From Octopus vulgaris (lineage: Eukaryota): DNA of 64,000 bases. The notes beneath the pieces are model-generated. The model made no database searches. It was not told the origin of the DNA and saw only the letters and a program-made list of their open reading frames with translations. Below are positions 41,891 to 55,487 of the stretch, piece by piece. Position numbers and translations under genes: made by a program. The stretch covers positions 28,334,001 to 28,398,000 of the forward strand of contig OX597827.1 of the NCBI GenBank assembly GCA_951406725.2, given 5' to 3'. Each line of letters begins with the position of its first letter. Within the stretch, counting starts at the first letter, position 1.

Positions 41891-42249
41891 ATTGTAAAAA
41901 AATACAAACTGGGACAAGAACGTAAAACATTTAGAAGACGATGCAAAAAACACGGACGGGACATTCGAAGCCTTCAATCTTCAGTCAAGAACCGGATCAT
42001 CTTCGCAATTTCGGCTGATTAATCTTGAGATTGCTCTGATCTGGCCAGCCCCAAAGGAAAATCTAAGCCAAGCGCATTAGATTCCTTGGAAGAAAGCCTC
42101 GAATGTATACAAAACAAGGACGGAAAACCGGACGATGTTACACGAATATAGGTATGTATGTGTGTATTTGTGTATGTATATGTATAAGTATATACATCTA
42201 TATATATATACATATATTTATTTATTTATTTATATATATATGTGCTACA

Positions 42250-44982
42250 TATATATGTGCTACATATCGCCCCCCAGATGCTCCAAGCCATGTAGAAGAC
42301 TGCCTTACAAAAATAGAAGAAGTTCTAGTCACATTAGAACAACACATAAGTGTACTTCTTATGGGAGACTTCAATCTGCCCAATGTCAGATGGCCCGAGG
42401 GCCTTTCTCTTCCAGGAATGACATGATGCGAACGAGGACAGGCGAGGTCTGAACCTCATCAACACTCTGTACATGGAGCAAATAATAATCTAACCAACCA
42501 GGGCAGGTAACATACTGGATCTCTGCTTCACAAATAATATGGATCTTATCCATAATGTGAAAATGATACCGACACTACTCTCGGATCACAACATAGTAGA
42601 GTTGACCATGTACGGGCCAAAGGAAAGCATGGACATGCAGTCTACAAGAAACTCTCAGAATCTTTCCAGCTTGAACTTCCATAAGGCAAACTGGGAACAA
42701 ATTGAGAAAGAGATCCTCAAACAAAACTGGCCTGAATGTCTCTCCTCGCCAGACATCGACGTGAAACTTCAACAATTCATATCTGTAATGCAAACCATAT
42801 GCTACAAATGTGTCCCAGAGAGAAAGGCCACTGTACACAAGAACAAAATCCCCAGAGAGAGGAAAATTCTTATGAGACGGCGTACAAAAGTTTCAAATCG
42901 CCTAAACAAACAAATTGAAAGCAGTGAAAAGTCCCATCTGAAAATAAAACTGTTGGAAATTGAAAAATGTCTGCAACTCTCCCAAGAAAAAGAAAGAGAA
43001 AACAAAGAAGCCTGGGCTATAGACAACATAAAATCTAACCCCAGAGCTTTCTACAAGTTTGCCAAAGAAACAGCTACGGTGCACTGTAGGATAGGGCCAC
43101 TCCTTGAAAAGGATGGTACACTCACAGGAAATACAATGAGGATAAGTGAAATACTAAATGAGCAATTCAAGAGTATTTTCACTCCACCCCTAGAGCATTT
43201 TCAAGTCAGCAATCCAACTGACTTCTTTACCACTGCAGATATAAAATCAGAGGCAACGATGATTGATTACATCAATATAAAGGAAGACGATGTAATAAAG
43301 GCTATAGATGAAATAAACACAAACTCAGCTACTGGCCTCGATGATTCCCAGCAATCCTTCTAAAAGTATGTAAGAGAGTCCTAGCAAGACCACTGCAGTT
43401 CCTCTTTCAGTGCTTCCTTGCAACTGGCAAACTTCCAAGAAAACTGAAGGAAGGTAAAATATGCCCTATTCATAAAGGGGGTAGCAGAGCGGAGACCAAG
43501 AACTACAGACCTATCTCTCTGACCTCACACATCAGCAAGGTCATGGAAACGAATAGTCAGAAGGAAACTAATCGTCTTCCCTGAAGAAAATGACTTGCTG
43601 CCTGACACCCAACATGGTTTCCGACCAAGAAGGAGCTGCCTAACTCAGCTCCTACAACACTCTGACTGGGTGCTGAAACAACTGCTCAACCACTCAAATG
43701 TGGAAGTGATATATTTCGACTTTGCAAAGGCCTTTGATAAAGTCGATCATGGAATGATATGTCACAAACTGCGTGATCTTGGCATAGTTGGAAAATTGGG
43801 AGAATCGCTTCATGACTCTCTGAAGGATAGAAGTCAGGTGGTAGTAGCCAATGGGGCCATCTCCATTAACACGCAAATAGTGAGCGGTGTTCCACAAGGC
43901 ACTGTTTTGGGACCACTACTGTTCATAATGGCCCTCTCAGACATGCCCTCAGCCACGCAGAGAGCCACGATCACAAGTTATGCAGATGATACAAAAGTTT
44001 CACAGGCAATATGAAGACACTATGCACCTGCAATGTGAGCTGGACAAAATATACAAGTGGGCTGAAAAGAATAGCATGCAGTCCAATGCTGAAAAGTTTC
44101 AAGCTTTATGCTATCAGCATGCAAAACTAAATGCAATACCCAATAAATACACTGGACCTGGAGGGATTGCAATCCCAGAAGCACAATCAGTGCGAGACCT
44201 GGGTATTTACATGAGTAATGATGCAACCTTTCGTGTGTATGTTGCTAAATTGGCAATGAAATGTAGGCGGCTGACCGGATGTATTCTTAGAACCTTTAGA
44301 AAAAGAGACCAGGAAACCATGATGGTCCTCAGGAGGACACTTGTCCTAAGCCACTTTGACTATTGTTCTCAGCTTTGGTCACCATCCAGTGTCAAGTTGA
44401 TCACAGAACTTGAGGCGATCCAACGAAGCTACACGAAGAAGATAGCCTCTGTGCAGCATATAAGCTCCTGGGAAAGACTCAAGAGATTAAGACTCTATTC
44501 CTTAGAGCGTAGGCGAGAAAGATATACCATAATATACAGATCTGGAAGATCCTGGAAGGACTTGTCCCAAACTTTGGCATCGAGAGTTAAACAAATACTA
44601 GAACTGGCCGCCACTGCATAGTGCCAAGGACTTCAAATTTGCCATCAAGATGTAGGACAAGATACTATGATAGCCTGGTCTTCAGAGGTCCACAGCTCTT
44701 CAATATCCTCCCGAAGAAGCTGAGAGACCTACATGGGGTGGATGCAGATGCCTTTAAAATAAAACTAGATCTCTTCTTGTCAGGTGTCCCAGATGAACCA
44801 ACTTCACGGCAGGAGGTGCTGTTGAGGGCTACTGCATCGAACTCTCTCATGCACCTAGAAAGCATTTGCTAAAAAGCATTCGTGAAGTAAAATCATGTAG
44901 CAACACCGAATGGCGGTGCCCCAGCATGGCCACAGCTCGTGAGCTGAAACTAGACAAAATAAAATAAAATAAATAAAATAAA
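42250..44982 (+). mobile_element. CR1-group LINE, 5'-truncated, with intact 3' tail ending in (AAAAT)n
   Basis: Motifs MGDFNLP, SDHNIVE, QHGFR, DFAKAFDKVDH, GVPQGTVLGP, YADDTK, RDLG and YSLERRRERY. Multiple frameshifts. Confidence 0.92.
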
Positions 44983-45111
44983 TATATGTATATAACGCGC
45001 GAAACGCTCGACCCTTGCGTCACTCTGTTGCTTCAGCTAAATATTAATATCTATATACATATATGTACATATATATAAACACACATACACACATATATAA
45101 AATTAGTGTAC

Positions 45112-45436
45112 ATTTAAACACAAAAGAGGTATCCCTAACAGGAAACCTAACATGCTAGAAGAAGCAGTCAAAATCCAAACCACGGTTAGGGGTAATTTCA
45201 AGGAAAATGAAAAATAAAATCATATACCATATTTTGTTACCGGACCATGATTTCGAACTTTAGTTAGCAAATAAAATAATCTCATCCGCGGTTGCACCAA
45301 AGATTAAAATACAATTATGAGGCAAAATAGCCCATGTCTCATCTTTATATATTATAAATTTTCAATTCCCTGGTTTGGATTTTGACTGCTCCTTCTAGCA
45401 TGTTAGGTGTCCTGTTAGGGTCACTTCTTTTGTGTT

Positions 45437-45441
<5 letters not shown>
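45112..45441. mobile_element. Small element with ~70-bp imperfect inverted ends enclosing a degenerate hammerhead (45239-45292, minus strand)
   Basis: 45112-45182 is an inverted match to 45371-45441. Minus strand reads ACCG-CGGATGA-...-GAAA-TCATGG-TC-CGGT. Confidence 0.6.
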
Positions 45442-45512
<71 letters not shown>

Positions 45513-45910
45513 AATGTGTATGTACGTATGTGTGTATGTATATATTTATGCATATGTGTACGTATATGAATAAAAGTGTGTGTGCGTGAGAGAAAGAGAG
45601 AGGTAGAGAGAGAGAAAGAGGGAGAGAGAAAGAGAGAAACAGATGGATAGGCAGATATACAGAGGGAGCTAGAGCATTTTGTCTGTAAGCGTCTCCAGCT
45701 GTATCTCCGTGAAATCAAAGTGGAATTGTCTCCCAGTAACGTATGTACTTTTAACTTAATATATGATTTCTTGATATAAGGAAAAATTACAAGCGAACTA
45801 AATTGCTAAATACCTCTCTCATCTCTCTTTTATTCTTCTCCCTCACACTTTGTCTGTCTATCTATCTAAATGTATTTGTATATATGTATCTATCAGTACT
45901 CTGTATGTAC

Positions 45911-45971
<61 letters not shown>

Positions 45972-46100
45972 AGTGTGTGTGTGCATATATATATGTATAT
46001 ATGCATATATATATATATATGTATGTATTTATGTATGCATATTTATATATATGTATGTATGCAAATATATATATATATGCAAATATATATATATGCAAAT

Positions 46101-46180
<80 letters not shown>

Positions 46181-46278
46181 TGTATGCATATATATATAGT
46201 GAGAATTTACAGAAGAACAAAAGACGGGTGGGTAAACAACAAACAGATGTATTAGTTTAACACTCGGGAAGTGAGAAA

Positions 46279-46316
46279 GTATTTTACGTTTCAAGCTTAC
46301 ACTCTTCGATAGAAAG
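46279..46316 (-). ncRNA. Degenerate minimal hammerhead-like motif
   Basis: Minus strand reads TCTTT-CTATCGA-A-GAGT gtaa GCTT-GAAA-CG-TA-AAATA. The core is mutated. Confidence 0.4.
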
Positions 46317-46984
46317 AAACACAGAAATAAGCAGAGAGAGAAAATAGAAAAAGGTTTAGTGGCTAGCGATCCATATACATACATATGCATATAAACCAGA
46401 TTACAAAATAGTACCAGCATTGCTACAAACAAGAGTCGAAAAGTGTGTGTGTGTGTGTGTGTGTACGTCATGTAATGGCGGATGGTGATAAGAAATTATG
46501 ATAGAAAGAAAAGTATGAAATTTTGAAAGAAAGACATGTATGAAATCTGACCCAGAATTCCTTGCTGCTGACTTCGTTTGCACGATATATTTTACCTCTC
46601 GAGATTCGATCCGTTCCACGTCGGGTAACGAAATCATGTTTGCCTTAATTCTGTGACAAATGCGTTTTTATCGCTAAAGAAATATTAGCTGGTATTCTCT
46701 GGAGACTATCCTTACCGCATTTACGCGTTTAATATTCCCTGTCACACATTCCGGCGCTAAGATATGAATATGTTCTGTGGAGATGGTAACAGATAGGTGG
46801 CTAAAGATTTTTGCTTCGAACATCCCTGGTGATATTTGATTTCATTTTCGGGCAGGATTGCACATTGCTTTAGCTAATAAATTCCTTTCACCATATAAAC
46901 GATGGATTATCAGCAGGAGCCTATAATCTGGAGAGAATGGATTAAGGATATTTCAAGCTTTTATCTTCTATCTTTTTTATGTCT

Positions 46985-47165
46985 TACTTGTTTCAGTCAT
47001 TAGACTGCGGCCATGTTGGAGCATCGGTTTGAAGAAATTTTTACGCTTTATAATTATTGTATCGGTCTCATTGCCAAACCGCTAACCGGAGTTAGCGGGA
47101 CGTAGACCCAACAACACCTGTTAACAAGCAATGATGGGAAACACTCACACATGCACACGCTCCTC

Positions 47166-47206
<41 letters not shown>

Positions 47207-47377
47207 TGTATGTATATATTTATGTGTATGCGTATGTATACGACGGGCTTCTTTCAGTTTCTCTCTACCAAATCCGCTCTCATGACTTTGATCGGACTGA
47301 AGCTATAACAGAAAACATTTTCCCAAGATGCCACGCTGTGTGGTTGGGAAGCAAGCTTCTTACCACGCAGCCAAGCC
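46985..47377 (-). mobile_element. SINE-A, near full length, with internal (TA)n
   Basis: Tail GTTTCAGTCATTAGACTGCGGCCATG and head TGGTTGGGAAGCAAGCTTCTTACCAC. Confidence 0.75.
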
Positions 47378-47562
47378 TCTCTGAATTTATATTTCGCACG
47401 TTTGTGTAGACTCCAGTTCGGAAGGCCCTTCACTGCAGTACCTTTCTCAGAAGATAATTTTCTTTATAGACAAAATATATGAAAAATACCGAGCTGGGTT
47501 ATGAATAAAAGTTATCGGTCTATAGTGCACGATTTCTGCATTGAATCCTTCGTTAGTAGCCT

Positions 47563-47657
47563 AATACTGGATCTCTTTCAGGCAGGTGTCCCAGATGAAC
47601 CAACTTCACGGCAGGAGGTGCTGTTGAGGGCTACTGCATCGAACTCTCTCATGCACC
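47563..47657 (+). mobile_element. Short isolated copy of CR1-group LINE sequence
   Basis: 47583-47657 is identical by eye to 44781-44855. Confidence 0.85.
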
Positions 47658-47703
47658 AAATGGCTCTTATATGTAAACATAAAAAAGATTTTAATTAATT
47701 AAT

Positions 47704-48000
47704 ATGATGATGATAGTTGTTGTAATGACGATGGTGACGATGAAAATGATGATGATGATGACGACAACGGCTGTGAAGGAGCGGGAGGCGAAGAGAAGAA
47801 AACGAAAAAGAAGAAAAAGAAAAAGAAAAAGAAACCAGGAGAAAGAAAGAGAGAGAGAAAAAAGAGAGAGAAAGAAAGAAAGAAATAGAGAAAGAGAGAG
47901 AGAAAGAGAAGAAGAAAGAGAGAAAGAAAAAAGAAAGAAAGAAAAAAGAAGGAAAGAAGAAAAAAGAAAGAAAAAAAGAAATAAACAAACAAACAAAGAC
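47704..48000. repeat. (GAT)n followed by a long purine-only (GA/GAAA) tract
   Basis: Direct low-complexity sequence. Confidence 0.9.
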
Positions 48001-48482
48001 AGTCAGTGAAGTTTGCTGTAGATTGGTGGCTCAGTCAGGTGTTCTTGTTTAGCTAAATCCTCATTGAAAGAATTGCGAAGATGATTGCCAGGAACAATAG
48101 CATTGCAGGTTCGAAAACATCGGAGTCACCTTCACATGTAACGTGCATGGGGACGGGGTGGTGAAGCGGAGGAGCGGAAGGTGAGGCTTCGGGAATTACT
48201 TGGTAGGCTTAATGTAAAGTTGTCTTTAAAGTAGGTGGCAATTGTGGAGAGGTCAATGTGAGGTTAATACTTGCAGAACCATTAATGTCCTGAACCGGGA
48301 ACATTCTGCAAAGTGGGTAGCCAGGTTTTTGGCAAGGGAACAAAACAACCTGCTGCAGTTATGCATATATGTCCATATATAAATAACTGTGTGAGCGTGT
48401 GATTGTGTGTATGTGTGTGTATGTGTTCGTGCGTGCGTCTCGATGTGATAGAATGTACAAAAAATTAAATTTAAAACAGCGC

Positions 48483-48528
48483 ATATATACACACGAACAC
48501 AACCACAGATATATATATACATATATAT

Positions 48529-48581
<53 letters not shown>

Positions 48582-48658
48582 CATATATATACACATATAT
48601 ACACATATATATACATATATATATACATATATACACACACATATATAAACATATATAT

Positions 48659-48701
<43 letters not shown>

Positions 48702-48890
48702 TATACATATATATATATACACACACATATATATATATATATACACACACATATATATATATACATATATATACAGATATATATATACACACATATATAT
48801 ACACATATATATAAAGAGAGGGATGTACATACACATCAAACACACACACGCACACACACACATACATACATACATACATACATACATACA
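48483..48890. repeat. Compound (TA)/(CA) microsatellite
   Basis: Direct arrays. Confidence 0.95.
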
Positions 48891-49550
48891 CCCTATATAC
48901 CCTCAATTCAGTACAAGTATTAGTTTTCATGGAATTGGTACTGCTGTGGTTTTGCATATGGCAAATATTGCACATTTCTTCTCTCACCCACACACATATA
49001 CATACACACACGCACACATAATTACATACCTAAATACACATATATACATACATATACACATACACGTATATATATATGTAAATGTGTAGGTATGTACATA
49101 CACGCATGCATAGATACATACACACAAAGACATCTAGAATTATCAGATTTCATGACTCCGCAGACAGCTGTGGATATTTCAGAAGCGTCTCATTATTCGT
49201 TTCCACTTCCCCAAACTTTCTGCACACACCATTCTATTCATAAATTCTATTCCCAAAATTGCTCGAACCAAATTCTTCCTAACCTGATCCCTCACAGCAT
49301 CATTTCCTTTTAACACTATGTTGTAAGCAAAGAGTCCATTCCTTTATTTTTGGTTCTTTTTCGCTTTCTTTGCTTCTTTTTCTCCCCCATTCTTTAAAAG
49401 GAACATTTCAGTTTAAAAACTTAGAATTCAAAATGCTCTATTTGACACAAAGTTTGGGTTTTCGAAATTGTAGCTCGTCCTTCATAAAAACACAACTAAA
49501 TTTACCTATTGACAAAAAGAAAATAGAAAGACAAGAAAATAAACGATATA

Positions 49551-49693
49551 AGCGCAGGCGTAGCTGTGTAGCAAGAAACATGCTTCCCAACCACATGGTT
49601 CCAGGTTCACTTCCACGGCGAATCTTCAACTATAGCCTTAGGCCGACCAAAGCCTTGTGAGTGGATTTGTAGACGGAAACTGGAAGTCCGCCG

Positions 49694-49724
<31 letters not shown>

Positions 49725-49905
49725 CCGTCCCCACCATCGCTTGACAATCGATACTGGTGTGTTTATGTCCCTGTATCTTAGCGGTCCGGCAAAAGAGACT
49801 GATAGAATAAGTACTAGGCTTACAAAAAATAAGTTCTAGGGTCGATTTCTTCGACTAAAGGCGGCGCTCCAGCATGGCCGCAGTCAAATGACTGAAACAA
49901 ATAAG
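49551..49905 (+). mobile_element. SINE-A, near full length
   Basis: Head, internal (TA)n, and tail GGCGGCGCTCCAGCATGGCCGCAGTCAAATGACTGAAAC. Confidence 0.85.
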
Positions 49906-50034
49906 ATGGTTTTTATAATCCTGAGAGAAACACTGGGTATATATAGGCAGTGACCTACGAAAGAAAGTTTAGTCCCTGCTGTTTCATCATAGAACAGCTG
50001 GATCGGTTTATGCAGTGAGCTTATAAACAATGGT

Positions 50035-50590
50035 GACGATGATGCCGAAAATCCAACGACCATAATATTCACTCATATCTTTGCATCAAACATTACAACC
50101 CCACCTCCTGTACCTACACCTTAGAATCATCATCGCATCTGATTTTGCTTTTTAACCCAGACAATGTGTCGAAAAGACACCCACATAGATTGCATATCCG
50201 ATTTAGACCACCAAGACCAACAGATAAGTTCTGATCTTCGTGGATCTTAAGATGTTTTTTGAGGCCTTTATTATATTTCCTAACCTGGCATACATTACAT
50301 TGAAAGGTGTGCACAGACATATAGGCAAAATAGATGGTAGAGGTTCGTTTTCCATGGGTTCGCAAATGAGATTTGAGCCCAACAAAAGAAAGGCAAGGTC
50401 TGTCACAAACTGTGCACACAAAAAGGTCATTGTGATTCACCTCTATCGTTACATTCTTCCTTAAATCTCTCTTGAGTCTTGCATGCGCCATCTTGCCCTC
50501 TTCAAACGCTTTCATTCCACTCCACACTTTTCTTCGCCATCCAGCTCGATCCAAAGACTGGTCAAAAGGACCCTTGCGAGCCATAAATGT
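50035..50590 (-). mobile_element. RTE LINE 3' fragment ending in three tandem C2H2-like zinc fingers
   Basis: DRAGWRRKVWSGMKAFEE (RTE C-terminal helix), then CTVC..KSHLRTH, CNVC..KKHLKIH and CNLC..LKSKIRC. Confidence 0.7.
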
Positions 50591-51169
50591 TCTCCTAATA
50601 TTCCATTTTCTGTCTGTATTATTTGTCTGTACCTTTTTTTTTACTCATTTATACTTTATTCACTTATGCTGAAATCTGCACCTCGGAAATATTACAGAAA
50701 GTACTTCAACATAAAATACATGTCTGAATAGCCACGGGCGGATCTCTTCCTTAAGCTAGGTTCTATTATCTGCACACGCTGCAAGAATATCTGCAACAAT
50801 ATCAGGTACTGGCACTTCTGCACCGAGTTTGTTATATTTGTGTGTGCATGTTACTCCGACCTAACAAGGTGCCTCAGCTTAAGTTATCGAACTCAACTGA
50901 ATTTTAATATTTCTTCCCAAAGAACTTCTAATAGTTTCATGCTTTAGAGATACAATAAATTGGCAGATTTATATAACATTAATTGTATCTCCAAGCAATC
51001 TTCCAGGCTCAGTGCATACCGATAGATGTATTTAAAAATCAGGACGCTGGTCTTTGAGAAAACATGAGAAAAAACAAGAAGGAAAAAGAAACGAAAACTA
51101 ATGAAAAAAACTCGAACGATTTATCGACTGCACAGTATAGTAGGGTCAATTGGGCACCGTCTGTGAGAA

Positions 51170-51936
51170 GAACACTACCATGATGCAATTCACTCTGCCA
51201 GAAATTTTGAAAGAACATGCTGTACTGCTTGGCATTCGCGTCAGAGGCTCCAATATTAACTTATGGTGAACACACAGAACAACCGTAAACTTGCCGTGTC
51301 CCCATAACATTTACTGAAAGTGATAAAAATCAAACATCCAGTCAACATCATGGTGTTTCAAGTGATCACTAGTGATGGCGACGTTGTGCCCACATTTATT
51401 TTCCCACACGGCCTCAGACTCAACACGGAGGCCTACATCAAGTGCATGGAGGAGGTAGTGCTGCCATGGGTCAACAGGGTTGGCTGCTGGAAGACCTTAT
51501 ATCTGGTAACATGACTCTGCACCTTGCCACACACAAGCAGAAGAACCCAGTTATGAGTGTCAGACAATTTCAGCGACTACATCACCCCTAACATCTGGCC
51601 ACATAAAACTCCAGACTGCAACCCCCTTGATTATTATGTGTGGGAGACAGTTGAGCAAGAGACCAACAAAACTCCCTGTAACACCAAAGATGAACTGAAA
51701 GCAAGTATTATGGCAGCGTTCACCAACTTATAGCAAGGAGACAGTCCAGAAGATTCTGAAGTCGTCAAGAGATCTTGGTTGAAGCCTACGATGATCTTAT
51801 TTTATTGAATAAATTTACTCTTTTTTATTTCAAGATACTCTAATGTAACTTTGGTAATGTAACATCTGTTAAAATGAGATGTTGCTGTAATTTCATTTCT
51901 ACGTAATTTAGACGACAATATATTCACCACACACTG
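51170..51936 (+). mobile_element. Tc1/mariner relic, DD37D (maT)-type transposase, internally deleted, right TIR ending at 51936
   Basis: KHPVNIMVFQVITSDG...DSAPCH...WPHKTPDCNPLDYYVW. There are 37 residues between the last two Asp after correcting a 2-nt CA slippage. Confidence 0.8.
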
Positions 51937-51962
51937 CACATATATACACACACACACACACA

Positions 51963-52166
51963 CAGGATGTCCCATAAGTCGCACACCATGCTGGTTTTCA
52001 TTTAAAATAATTAAAGCATTATATTTTATATTTTTTTCGGCATGTTTTATTGTAGAGGACGCTCACTTTGAGCATTTGTTAAGATTAATTTCAATAAAGT
52101 GTTTTTGAAATTAGTAAGATTGTATTCTGTTAAAAAACCACGGTGGTGCGCAACTTCTGTGACACC

Positions 52167-52169
<3 letters not shown>
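51963..52169. mobile_element. Tc1/mariner-type MITE
   Basis: Imperfect TIRs CAGGATGTCCCATAAGTCGCACACCA and TGGTGCGCAACTTCTGTGACACCCTG|TA. Confidence 0.7.
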
Positions 52170-52215
<46 letters not shown>

Positions 52216-53797
52216 CATGCACATACATATACATACATACACACACACATACATACACATACATACACATACATACACACATACATACACACATACATAC
52301 ATATACACATACATACATATACACATACACATATACATATACATACACATATACATATACATACATATATACACACACACGTACGCACATACATACGTAC
52401 GCACATACACACATACATAAATATGTACAGCCCGAAAGAATTTTCTCTAAGAGAACTACCTCTGACTCAACTTCTAGATTAATATAACCTTGGATTCTTG
52501 TCAGCATCATTTGACCAAATAGATATTTCGAGAACGGTTGTTTTGGTTATATATCGCAAAAATACCCGCTAAATTAGCCCCAAAGTAATGGATCTATGCT
52601 GCTGTCGGTATGTACAGGATATCTCATCTCGAGATAAGTGTCTCCTGCATCCTCTCCTACTTGTCAATCAAACTGAGAGTTAATTATCAGTTTGGAATTT
52701 TGGATAGGTTACGCATGTAAATGACTCGGAGCAAAAAGGTCTTTATCTTTGCGTGTATGTGTCTTGTGTGTACTGTCTGTTTATGAATTTGGTTTATGTA
52801 TGTGGCATGTGTGAGTGTGTGTGAGTGTGTATGAGTGTGTGTGTGTGTGTGTGTGTGTGCAAGTCTGTGTAAGTGTGCATGCATGCGGTGCGTGCATGTG
52901 TATAGGAGTGTTTGTAGGCCTGTGAGCCTGTGAACAGAATGCGTATTTGCGGTGGCATATATATATATATATATACACACATATATATATATATACATAT
53001 ATATACATACACATATATACAGACATATACATATGTACATTTACATACATATAATATATATATCAATATCTATCTATCTATCTAACTATATGCATATATA
53101 CATGTACACGCAGAAACATATTCATATATATATACATATATATATTTATATATATACACACATAAATACATACATATGTATGTGCATATATATGAATGTT
53201 TATATATGTGTGTGCGTGTGTGGGTGGTGTTTGTGGCTGTGTGTGTGCGTATGCATGTATGTAAATGTGCGCAAATGTAGACCCAAATTTGAAAGCGCTC
53301 TAAACATCTACATGAAAGAGAACAACAGAGTAATGAAACACAAAGAGAAAGAGGGATAGAGAGAGCAAGAAAGAGAGAGAAAAAGCGAAAGAGTAAGACA
53401 AAACATTTATAGAAAAGAGGAGGAGAGATTTAAAAGTAAATACATGAGTAGACCAAAGAATAAACCTATAGATATACCAAAAAAGAAAGGAACTAAAAAA
53501 AACGAAGAAAGAAAGAGAGAGAGAAGGAACGAAAGAAGGAACGAAGGAAAGAAAGAGTGAATGGTTAGCATCCTATGATTCCATAAAGCGCTCCACAGTT
53601 CTTTGTTGACGTCTTTGAGTATTGATACTATTAGGATCTAATATTTTCAAAGGTTACAGTTGTATTATCATTAGTGTTGTAGTAATATCATTGAATCTCT
53701 GAAATGGTATTGATAGGGTCGTATCAAAAGAAGGGAAAATATAATGAAAAATATTTTCGTTCATATTACTAGATTTTATGAGATGATAAATGCATGA

Positions 53798-53894
<97 letters not shown>

Positions 53895-54006
53895 TACGTA
53901 TATATATATATACATATATATATATGAATATGTATGTGTGCATGCATTTGCGTGTCACTCTATAAATTAAATCTATATGATACATGTACCTGTGTGTATG
54001 TATGTA

Positions 54007-54075
<69 letters not shown>

Positions 54076-54079
<4 letters not shown>

Positions 54080-55012
54080 TGAGATAGGGGTTGTAAATGC
54101 AACCCTCCATGGGATAACATATATCCAATATACTGCTTGTGAAGTACCCAACAAAGTTAATACATAAATGTTAATGATTGCGATGCAATCAATTCATTTA
54201 CTGTATTATATGGGCAAAGGTAAAATGATTTACCACAAATTACTAATACAAGATAAGAAAATGTAAGCGTTATTAATAATAATATGAATGATAATAATGG
54301 TAACATTTATTGTATTGACAACGATAATGATGCTAACTTCAATGACACTTTAGAAATTAGTTTGAAGTAATATAATGTACTATTGCCTATGTATATTTGC
54401 ATCTAGGTACTGATATGTGTATGTTTATTATCACAATATTAAGTCGAAAAACTGAGACGTTGGATGTGGAACATATATATGTTTACTAATTTATATTATT
54501 TATTTATATCATTATGTATATGTATATTTTTATATGTATAGGAGTGTGAGTATATGCACGCATATGTATATGTATATGTTGTATTATGGGTATGTACCCA
54601 CACCCATGTGGATATATATGTAGACTGATTTATATTACATAATCTCCGAAGAGGCCTTATGATATGTTTGTAAATGTCTCATTTATATCTATATATTGAC
54701 CTACCATAAAAGGCTAATATTGGTAAAATGAGACACACTTATCTACATGGCCGAAACAGCTGTAAGATGTAATCTATACTTATATTTATATTTACTTATA
54801 TTTATATTCTCTTTTATATATATTCTACTTATTATACATCATTACTCTTTTATGTACACTTTTTTATGTACACTACTGTATGTACACTGATTTGTTCTGC
54901 TTTTTATATGTAACCCTACAGTCTCTTATGTGGTGGTATAATAAAGTATGTGATTGAGTATTATCGTGTAATTGATATTTGATTTAGATGTATTTCTCCA
55001 TTTTCTTATCTT
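54076..55012 (+). mobile_element. PLE-derived non-coding insertion between (TA)n tracts, carrying a hammerhead
   Basis: Bounded by (TA)n on both sides and contains the motif at 54634-54773. Confidence 0.55.
54634..54773 (+). ncRNA. Type I hammerhead motif with large structured stem II insertion
   Basis: ATTAC(ata)ATCT-CCGAAGA-GGCC...GGCC-GAAA-CAGCTG-TA-AGAT-GTAAT. Inner stem TGTCTCATTT/AAATGAGACA and palindromic stem III ACAGCTGT. Confidence 0.75.
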
Positions 55013-55013
55013 G

Positions 55014-55072
<59 letters not shown>

Positions 55073-55311
55073 ATGTATATATATATATGTATGTATATAT
55101 ATATACATATCTATATACATATCTATATATATATGTATATATATATATATATATATATCTTAAGAGAGATAGACAGACAGGATATTATGTCTTCCTGCAA
55201 CAATACATAGGCATGAGAGGTGCGGGCGTTGTCTAACGATAAATTACGCTCGCTTCTCTCCCGTAAAACGGGTGGTAATATGAGGCTTAAAACGGGTAGG
55301 GAAACACTTAC

Positions 55312-55487
55312 CGTCAGCGTTAAGTGCAAACACTGTGTCGCTGATGAGCTGAGCCATAGACTTTCGATTATCATGCTAAAGTTAACTCTGCTGACAGAGA
55401 TTGAAAGTTTAATAAATACCCACTGGAACTGTTTCAGGTCATCAATATTCCATTACCGTTTCAATTTAGTTCATTCTTCTTTTTCCT
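55312..55487 (-). other. Candidate host exon
   Basis: T-rich tract ending TTTCATAG as acceptor and G|GTAAGT as donor, in non-repetitive sequence. It could start MAQLISDTVFALNAD. No homology recognised. Confidence 0.2.

Noticed and set aside
41889-42148. Possible hammerhead on the minus strand (GGCTG...CAGCC-GAAA)
   Set aside because: A stem II and GAAA are present, but there is no CUGANGA-like core upstream and no cleavage site.
47704-48009. Highly basic R/K/E ORF
   Set aside because: Translation of a purine microsatellite.
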